A stretch of 64,000 nucleotides of DNA from Mobula hypostoma (lineage: Eukaryota): assembly GCF_963921235.1 (NCBI RefSeq), contig NC_086097.1, forward strand, positions 225,744,001 to 225,808,000, given 5' to 3'. Below the pieces are notes generated by a model that did not search any database, was not told the origin of the DNA, and saw only the letters and a program-made list of their open reading frames with translations. A program made the translations under genes and the position numbers. This document shows positions 51,801-61,100 of the stretch, piece after piece; position 1 is the first letter of the stretch, and each line of letters opens with the position of its first letter.

Positions 51801-52918
51801 TTAATGAGGATACAGTTTAATGACCCAAAGTCCTTTGCATCCACAAACTGGTAGTTCTTAAGACCTACTGACAGTCCTTCGATGCAAAGGAACTCTGCAC
51901 TGAGCAGAGGTCTAGCAACTTTAGCCAAGACAAAGTCCCATGTGTAGCTTCACCCACTGAAGTAGAGTGTTCTGTGTCATGTCCCATAGATCTGGATCCT
52001 GCTGCTGTTGGCGGCCTCCAGCGAATGCTGTCGCTCTCTGCTTTATAATCAATGGGCGATGTTGGCAGCACACATGGTTAGCACGTGTCGCACAGGATGC
52101 GTTGCTCTGCAATGAACAATAGATGACCCTGGCAGCTGGAACCCACAGTGTTCACAGACCTCTGATGTCCTGACGTGCTGGCACTTTCAGAGGTACATGG
52201 CGGTCAGCAATTCTCGGCGTTCGTGCCGAAGTGTGCGTGGACCTGTTGCCTGGTTCGGAACCACAGGCGTGAGGCTGAGCGTAGACGATCAGCCATTTTA
52301 GCAAGCTTCCTATTGCCCTTCACTGGTGTATTAGCGAGGGCTGTACAAACTTGATCAAGCATTTGTTGCATAAAGAGTACTTTAAAAATTAAACAATGAA
52401 GGTGATTGCCCAGGAGAGATAGCATGTGATCCATCAGCTCTGAAGGCCAGGTGTCACCAAGCCAGATCAGGAGTGAACGGCTTTGACATACTCAGACTCA
52501 GACACTCCAAAAGTCTGTAATAGGTGAGTCTTCAGAGTGACATATTTATCACATGCAGGCAGGTTTTCTAGCACACTCACCACCCTGCCTGCAGTTGAAC
52601 TACTTAGTGATGCTAGGATGCAGTAAAATTTGGTATTGTCCACGGTGATTTCTGGATTCGTCTGACAATGTTCGGGGTCACCAGCATAGAATCTGGTAAA
52701 TAAAATATGCAAGAGTCATTTTATCTGCTTATTGAAAGCCACAGACCTTTATTTCCATTACAAGCAAACCAAAAGCAGTCACCTTACACTGAAGACATTA
52801 CATCAGACACTATCTCTCGAAGCGAACACGCAACACAATGGTGGTGTTTGTGAATTCCGTAGAACTGCTTCCATTATGAACAATACGTGTCATCTGCCAA
52901 CCATTGCATTATCCTACA
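48875..52918 (-). mobile_element. Gypsy LTR retrotransposon, two LTRs, decayed
   Basis: LTRs of about 235 bp at 48875-49111 and about 52685-52918; RT FQRLIDSVLKNLDFLFVYLDDILVAS; RNase H remnant; IN (HDLSHPG, KWPEVIPL); TSD GGGC/AGGC; interrupts contiguous CR1 sequence. Confidence 0.88.
52672..52683 (-). promoter_or_regulatory. Primer binding site complementary to the tRNA-Trp 3' end
   Basis: Minus strand TGGTGACCCCGA next to the 5' LTR; vertebrate tRNA-Trp ends ..TCGGGGTCACCA. Confidence 0.8.
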
Positions 52919-54776
52919 AGGCAACCAGGGGTGACAAAGTCAAAGGCATCATAAAAGCAAAAGAGGGGACATATAATAGAGCAAAAATCTGGGAAGTTTG
53001 AGTATTGGGAGGATTATAAAAACTAACAGAAGGCAGCTAAAAAAAACATAAGTAGAGAAAAGATGAAATATGAAGGTGAGCTGGCTAATAATGTCAAAGA
53101 GAATACTAACGGCTTTTTCAGATACTGAATATAAAGGATAAAAGAGAAGCAAGAATTGATATTGAATCGTGGGAAAATGACATTCGAGAGGTAGCAGTAG
53201 GGGACACATAAATGGTAGGCAATCTGATAAGTATTTCACATCAGTCTTCACTGAAGCATTATCCCAGAAATTTGAGGGTGGCAGGGGTCAGAAATGTGTC
53301 TATTTGCTATGCTAAAGAGAAGGTCCTCAGGAAGCTGAAAGGTCTGAAGGTTGATAAGACACCAGGACCAGATAGACCACACACTAAGTTCTGATAGATG
53401 TAGCTGAAGGGATTGTAGAGGTATTAGTAATGATCTTCCAAGAATCACTAGATTCTGGAGGACTAGAAAATTGAAAATTTCACTCTACTGTTTAAGAATA
53501 GAGGGAGGCTGAAGAAAGGAAATTACAGACCAGTTAGCCTGTCATCAGTGGTTGGAAAAATGTTGAAGTCTATTATTAAGATTGGGATTTCTGGGTAGGC
53601 CAAATCAGCATGGTTTTCTTACGAAGAAATCTTTTCCTGACAATTCCGTTAGAGTTCTTTGAGGAAGTAACAGGCAGGATAGACAAAGGAGGGTCAGTAA
53701 ATGTTGCTTACTTGGATATATAGAAGGACTTTGACAAGGTGCCACTCATGAGGCTGCTTAAGAAGGTAAGAGGCCATGGTATTACAGTGAAGATAAGAAC
53801 ATGGACAGAGAAAGTATGATTGGCAGGAGGCAAAGAACTGGAATAAAGGGGGCCTACTCTGTTTGGCTCCGGTAACAAATAGTGTTCTGCAGGATTGGTA
53901 TTTTGATCGCTTCTTTTCACATTCTGTGTCAATGATTTGGATGATGGAATTGATGGTTTTGTGGCTAAGTTTGCAGACAATCCAGAGACAGGTGAAGGGG
54001 CAGGTAGTGTTGAGGAAGCAGGGAGTCTGCAGAAGATCTTAGACAGATTAGGAGAATAGGCAAAGAAGTGGCAGATGGAGCATATTGTAGGGAAGTGTAT
54101 GGTCGTGCTCTTTGGTAGAAGAAATAACGGTGTAGACTACCTTCTAAATGAGGACAAAAATAGAAGTTTAGAGATGCAAAGGGACTTAAGATTCTTCGTG
54201 TATCCTAAATGTTAGCTTGCAGCTTGAGTTTGTGGTAAGGAAGGCAAATGAAATATTAGCATTCATTTCAAGAGGACTAATACATAAAAGCAAGGACGTA
54301 ATGCTGAAGCTTTAAAAGGCATTGGTCAGACCAGACAGAATATTGTGAGCAGTTTTGGGCCTTTTATCTGAGAAAAGGTATGCTGACAATGGAGAGTGTT
54401 CAGGTATGAGGAATATTTGATTGCTCTGGGTCTGTACTTGTAGAAGTTTAGAAGACTGAGGTGGGGGGGGTGATTTTATTGGAACCTATCAAATATTGAA
54501 AGGCCTAGACATAATGGATGTGGAGAGGATATTTCCTACGGTGAGTGAGTCTAGGACCAGAGGGCACAGCCTCAGAATAGAGGATGTCCATTTAGAACAG
54601 TATGAGAAGGAATTTCTTTAACCAGAAGTTGTCAAATCTGTGGAATTCATTGTCACGGACCACTGCAGAAACCAAGACATTCAGGCTATTTGAAGTAGTG
54701 TTTGACAGGTTCCTGATTAGTCAGGGTATCAGAGGGTACAGGGAGAAGTCAGGAGTATGGGGTTGATAGGGATAAT

Positions 54777-55770
54777 AGTGGGAATAAAGGAAGCCTTTTC
54801 TGGTTGGCTGCCAATGATTAGTGGTGTTCCACAGGGTTTTTTATTGGGACCAATTCTTTTTATGTTATGTACTGTATCAATTACTTGGCTGATGGAACTG
54901 CCGGCTTTGTGGCCATAATTGCAGATGATATGAAGATAAGTAGAGAGGCAGGCGGTTTTGAGGAAGTAGAGAGGCTATAGAAGGACTTGGAGAGATTAGG
55001 AGAATAGACAAAGAAGTGACAGAAGGAATACAGTGTTGTGAAGTGCAAAGTAATACACTCTGGTAGAAGAAATGAAAGGGCTGACTATTTTCTAAATGGA
55101 GAGAAAACACAAAGAAAAACAGAGGTGCAAAGGGACTTCGGGGTCCTTGTGCAGGATTCCCTCAAGGTTAATTTGCAGGTTGAGACTGTGGTGAGGAAGG
55201 CAAATGTAATGTTAGCATTCATTTCAAGAGGACTAGAATATACTGTAAAAGCAAAAATGTGATGTTAAAACTTTATAAAGCACTGGTGAGGCCTCACTTG
55301 GAGTATTGTGAGCTGTTTTGCGTTCTTATCTTAAAAAAGATGTGCTAATGCTGGAGAGGGTTCACAGGAAGTTAATAAAATTATTCCAGGATTGAATGGC
55401 TTCTCATATGAATAGTGTTTGATGGCTCTGGGCTTGTATTCATTAGAGTTCAGAGAAGGTGACCTAATTGAAACCTATCAAATGCTGAAAGGCCTTGATA
55501 GAATGAATGAGGAGATGAGGAAGAATTTCTTCAGCCATAGAGTGGTGAATCTGTGGAATTCTTTGCCACAGCCAGGGGTGGAAGCCAAGCCTTTGTGTAT
55601 ATTTAAGGCAGAGGTTCATTGACTCTTGATTGGTCAGGGCATGAAGGGATATGGGGAGGAGCCAGGAGGTTGGGGCCGAGAAGAAAATTGGATCAGCCAT
55701 GATGAAATGGTGGAGCAGGCTCAATGGGCCAAATAGCCTAATTCTGCTCTTATATCTCATGGTCTCATAG
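54777..55770 (+). mobile_element. CR1 RT/3' fragment (degenerate)
   Basis: SGVPQG, KCKVIHSGRRN, FFSHRVVNLWNSLPQ and a CR1 3' UTR. Confidence 0.8.
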
Positions 55771-57176
55771 TATTATGATCAAAATTATCTAAGATAGATT
55801 GTCAGAGCAGACTCCATAGGCCTAATTTTGCTCGTATGTTTTATGGTCTTATAAGTAGAAGCCTGATGCAGGTATTGCTACTGTCCAGGTAAACCAAGGT
55901 CAAGTGTAGAGCCAGTGAGATTGCATCCACTACAGCAGGGGTCGGCAACCTTTTTACCTCTGTGGGCCGGATCACGTACTAATGAGCAGATGGTGGGCCA
56001 GATAAATGCCATAAAAAACTTGAAATATGGGAATTATCCATTTAAATACATCTAGCTATGTTTTGCCTCAAATTAATGAATAACGCATGCTAGAAAATCA
56101 TTTGTGCTTAAACAAGCAGGCCAATTAGTAATCAAAGATCTCAGTTTAGTTGCAATTTATTTCCATCAAGGCATCTTTTGAATCTATTAGAAGGACGCAA
56201 AGAATCTTTAAACATAAAACGTATGAACATGGTGCATTGAATGGTGGTAAATTAAGTATAATAAGAAAGAAAATTTTCATGCAAACAGTCGATAAATCAA
56301 TGTGAAACTTGATGCTGTTTGTTGCTTGAAAGCTTCTCAATATTGGGTGTCAGACTTGTTGATGCAAAGAGCAAGACATTATCGAGATGAGCATCAGTCA
56401 ATCTTGTTCTCAAATGGTTCTTAGTGTGCTTCATTTTTGAAAATAATTGCTCACACAGCTAAGTGCTGCCAAACAATGATGCCATCTTTTTTGCATGGTC
56501 CACTAAGTTAGGATACTTCCCACTTGGATGAATATATTTATTATAGAAGTCAAGCACTGACACATCTTCAGAATGAAATTTTGATCTCAATATGTCATCA
56601 CACGCCATCACCACCACCCTCCACCTGGCCCTCACCCACCTGGACAAAAAAGACACGTATGTTTGAATGCTGTTCATAGACTTCAGTTCAGCATTCAACA
56701 CAATCATTCCTCAGCACCTCATTGGAAAGCTGAAACTGCTGGGCCTGAACACCTCCCTCTGCAACTGGATCCTAGACTTCCTGACTGGGAGACCCCAGTC
56801 AGTCCGGATGGGGAGCAGCATCTCCAACACCATCACACTGAGCACATGGGACCCCCAGGGCTGTGTGCTCAGTCCACTGCTATTCACTCTGCTGACCCAC
56901 GACTGTGCAGCAATACACAGCTCGAATCACATCATCAAGTTCACCGATGACATGACCATGGCGGGTCTCATCAGCAAGAACGACGAGTCACCATACAGAG
57001 AGGAGGTGCAGCAGCTAACGGACTGGTGCAGAGCCAACAACCTGTCTCTGAATGTGAACAAAACAAAAGAGATGGTTACAAACAACAGGAATTCTGCAGA
57101 TGCTGGAAATTCAAACAACACACATCAAAGTTGCTGTTGAACGCAGCAGGCCAGGCAGCATCTGTAGGAAGAGGTG

Positions 57177-57214
57177 CAGTCGACGTTTCAGGCCGAGACC
57201 CTTCGTCAGGACTA
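57177..57214 (-). ncRNA. Minimal type I hammerhead ribozyme, intact core
   Basis: TAGTC-CTGACGA-AGGGTCTCGGCCT-GAAA-CGTC-GACTG; stem I TAGTC/GACTG and palindromic ACGT stem III. Confidence 0.8.
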
Positions 57215-58088
57215 ACTGAAGGAAGAGTAAGGGATTTGAAAGTTGGAGGGGGAAGGGGAGACGGGAGTCACAACAGCAGCACATAAAGACCCGGCCTGGA
57301 GTTCAAGGCTGGAGTCACAGTTGGTGGTTGCGTAATCGCTGTGAAGGTGTCCATGGTCGTTGCTGGAGTCCGGGTTTTGAATATGCCCTGAGGTGTTGGA
57401 GCCGGCGAGATCAATGGCAGGAGCCGCAATCTGAAGTTCATGCCTGCTGGTTTCAGGTCCAGCAGGCGCTGGAGTCTGTAGATGTAGGATCTTGCGATCT
57501 TTGCCTAACATGACAACGTCAAAAAAACGGCGATTGCAGGCGTGAATCCGACAGAGGATGAAATAACGGGTAGGACCATTACAGACGGCGAAGAAAGTGT
57601 CCCGAAGGTGTGGAAGGGTCTGGGATAGGGACACCAAGTACCTCCTCATGGCGGAGAGAGTCGCCTTCAGAGCTTGACGGGAGAAGCGGCGAGAGGCAGA
57701 GTCAATAAAATGTGAGTACCTGGGATCCTCAGAAGGTCCAAATTGAGAGGCTTGGAAACGAATCCTAAAGCCAACTGGAGTAAGTTGGTGACGGAGGCAC
57801 GTTCCAAGAAAGGATGTATGGCTGTGACAGCGAGTCTGAGTCAAAGTGTGGTCGAAAAGTTGAAGAGCCGAAGAAATTACAGATGGGGAGCAGTGAGAGA
57901 TAGTTTCACTGAACTCCCGTCGAAGAGAGGATCTAAACTTCTTCGGTGTAGGCATCACCGGAAGAGACTTCGCAGTAGTGAATTTAAACGCAAACAACAG
58001 GAATTCTGCAGGGGCTGGAAATTCAAGCAACACACATCAAAGTTGCTGGTGAACGCAGCAGGCCAGGCAGCATCTCTAGGAAGAGGTG

Positions 58089-58126
58089 CAGTCGACGTTT
58101 CAGGCCGAGACCCTTCGTCAGGACTA
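58089..58126 (-). ncRNA. Minimal type I hammerhead ribozyme, intact core
   Basis: Identical 38-nt motif to 57177-57214, located in the pLTR. Confidence 0.8.
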
Positions 58127-61100
58127 ACTGAAGGAAGAGTGAGTAAGGGATTTGAAAGTTGGAGGGGGAGGGGGAGATCCAAAATGATAGGAGAAGACAG
58201 GAGGGGGAGGGATAGAGCCAAGAGCTGGACAGGTGATAGGCAAGAGGGGATACGAGAGGATCATGGGACAGGAGGTCCGGGAAGAAAGACAGGGGGGGGG
58301 GACCCAGAGGATGGGCAAGAGGTATATTCAGAGGGACAGAGGGAGAAAAAGGAGAGTGAGAGAAAGAATGTGTGCATAAAAATAAGTAACAGATGGGGTA
58401 CGAGGGGGAGGTGGGGCCTTAGCGGAAGTTAGAGAAGTCGATGTTCATGCCATCAGGTTGGAGGCTACCCAGATGGAATATAAGGTGTTGTTCCTCCAAC
58501 CTGAGTGTGGCTTCATCTTTACAGTAGAGGAGGCCGTGGATAGACATGTCAGAATGGGAATGGGATGTGGAATTAAAGTGTGTGGCCACTGGGAGATCCT
58601 GCTTTCTCTGGCGGACAGAGCGTAGATGTTCAGCAAAGCGGTCTCCCAGTCTGCGTTGGGTCTCGCCAATATATAAAAGGCCACATTGGGAGCACCGGAC
58701 GCAGTATATCACCCCAGTCGACTCGCAGGTGAAGTGTTGCCTCACCTGGAAGGACTGTTTGGGGCCCTGAATGGTGGTAAGGGAGGAAGTGTAAGGGCAT
58801 GTGTAGCACTTGTTCCGCTTACACGGATAAGTGCCAGGAGGGAGATCAGTGGGGAGGGATGGGAGGGACGAAGGGACAAGGGAGTTGCGTAGGGAGTGAT
58901 CGCTGCGGAATGCAGAGAGGGGGGGAGGGAAAGATCTGCTTAGTGGTGGGATCCCGTTGGAGGTGGCGGAAGTTACAGAGAATAATATGTTGGACCCGGA
59001 GGCTGGTGGGGTGGTAGGTGAGGACCAGGGGAACCCTATTCCTAGTGGGGTGGCGGGAGGATGGAGTGAGAGCAGATGTATGTGAAATGGGGGAGATGCG
59101 TTTAAGAGCAGAGTTGATAGTGGAGGAAGGGAAGCCCCTTTCTTTAAAAAAGGAAGACATCTCCCTCGTCCTAGAATGAAAAGCCTCATCCTGAGAGCAG
59201 ATGCGGCGGAGACGGAGGAATTACGAGAAGGGGATGGCATTTTTGCAAGAGACAGGGTGAGAAGAGGAATAGTCCAGGTAGCTGTGAGAGTCAGTAGGCT
59301 TATAGTAGACATCAGTGGATAAGCTGTCTCCAGAGACAGAGACAGAAAGATCTAGAAAGGGGAGGGAGGTGTCGGAAATGGACCAGGTAAACTTGAGGGC
59401 AGGGTGAAAGTTGGAGGCAAAGTTAATAAAGTCAACGAGTTCTGCATGCGTGCAGGAAGCAGCGCCAATGCAGTCATCGATGTAGCGAAGGAAAAGTGGG
59501 GGACAGATACCAGAATAGGCACGGAACATAGATTGTTCCACAAACCCAACAAAAAGGCAGGCATAGCTAGGACCCATACGGGTGCCCATAGCTACACCTT
59601 TAGTTTGGAAGAAGTGGGAGGAGCCAAAGGAGAAATTATTAAGAGTAAGGACTAATTCCAAAAAGAGATGGTTGTTGACTTCAGGAGGACACAGAGCGAC
59701 CACTCTCTGCTGAACATTGACGGTTCCTCCATTGAGATCGTTAAGAGCACCAAATTTCTTGGTGCTCACCTGGCGGAGAATCTCACCTGGTCCCTCAACA
59801 CCAGCTCCATACCCAAGAAAGCCCAGCAGTGTCTCTACTTTCTGCAAAGGCTGAGAAAAGTCCATCTCCCACGCACCCCCCATCCTCAGCACATTCTACA
59901 GAGGATGTATCAAAAGCATCCTGAGCAGCTGCATCACTGCCTGGTACGGGAATTACACCGTCTCGGATTGCAAGACCCTGCAGCGGATAGTGAAGTCAGC
60001 TGAGAAGATCATCAGGGTCTCTCTTCCTGCCACTACAGACATTTACACCACACGCTGCACCCGTAAAGCCAACAGCATTGTGAAGGACCCCACACACCCC
60101 TCATGCAAACGCTTCTCCCTCCTGCCATCTGGCAAAAGATACTGAAGCATTCGGGCTCTCATGACCAGACTGTGCAACAGTTTCTTCCCCCAAGCCATCA
60201 GACTCCTCAATACTCAGAGTCTAGACTGACATCTACATAATTTATTATTATACTGTAATTTGTCCTCTATTGTGCCTGTTGTCTTGATTATTATTTATTG
60301 TACTGCCCTGCACTGTTTTGTGCGCTTTATGCAGTCCTGTGTAGGTCTGTAGTCTAGTGTAGTTTTTGTGTTGTTTTGCGTAGTCTAGTGTAGCCTTGTG
60401 CTGTCTCACTTAGTCTAGTGTAGTCTTGTGTTGTTTCATGTAGCACCATGGTCCTGGAGGAATGTTGTTTCGTTTTTACTGTGTACTGTGCCAGCAGTAT
60501 ATGGTCGAAATGACAATAAAAAGTGACTTGACCTGACATTGCATCTCAATCAATTCCATTTGAAAAATTTCTGATGCAGCGTCCACTTCGACATCAAATG
60601 GAGTAGCAAACAGTTTGAACTCATTTGTATGCAAGCGAAAATCCGCAAAACAAGATGAAAACTCTTTTCTCAATTCTTGGACCATATTCACAAAAATGCC
60701 TGGATCTTGTGCTTTACTTTTTTGAAAAGTGGGAAGATGTGCACAATTTCCTTTTTGAAGCTGGTACTCCCACAATTGCAGCTTTCTTTCAAAGGCCACA
60801 ATATGACCATACATCTTATGTATCAGCTGATTTTTTTTTCCTTGAAGTTGTAAATTCAAGTTACTTAAATGAGATGTAACGTCCACAAGAAATGCCAAGG
60901 TTTCAAGCCAATCAGGATCATGAAAATGTGAAGCATCCTCATTTTTGCTTTCAAGGAATATTGCCACCTCTTCATGCAATGCAAATACTCTTTCCAGCAT
61001 TGACCCTCAGCTAAGCCAGCGTACATTGCAGAAATAAGCCAGGTCCTATATTCTGCCTCCATATCCAACAAAAACTGCTGAAAATGGCGATTATTCAATC

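Larger units (their letters stand above)
41167..54776 (+). mobile_element. Full-length decayed CR1 LINE split by nested insertions
   Basis: 5' UTR 41167-41527; ORF1 zinc-finger/zipper remnant (PDDYICRKYTQLQLLKDKVKE, about 42030-42186); ORF1 esterase-like part (LIGDLIIRG..VCLPG, 47362-47577); EN (LYLNAHSIQNK, about 48070); RT and 3' end 52919-54776. Confidence 0.8.
57078..59660 (-). mobile_element. Penelope-like element in partial-tandem arrangement
   Basis: 13-bp TSD AAAAGAGATGGTT (57065-57077, 59661-59673). Order on the minus strand: truncated RT (GVAMGTRMGPSYA, RYIDD), GIY-YIG, pLTR, N-terminus of the next ORF copy (ATG at 57955), second partial pLTR. Confidence 0.93.
56603..60537 (+). mobile_element. 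Rex1/Babar LINE, 5'-truncated, nested in the hAT transposase
   Basis: [35 protein letters not shown] resumes as VDFRR at 59674; tail GACAATAAA..GACTTGACCTGAC; the hAT frame EMQC|DDILRSK rejoins across it. Confidence 0.9.

Noticed and set aside
57743..58432. 229-aa plus-strand ORF, with similar ones at 8338..8610 and 13480..13794
   Set aside because: Antisense shadows of the PLE pLTR; they recur only because the repeat recurs.
59221..59892. 223-aa RT ORF with an unusual N-terminus
   Set aside because: The N-terminal third is antisense Rex1; the PLE RT starts only at the 59660 junction and has a premature stop at 59221.
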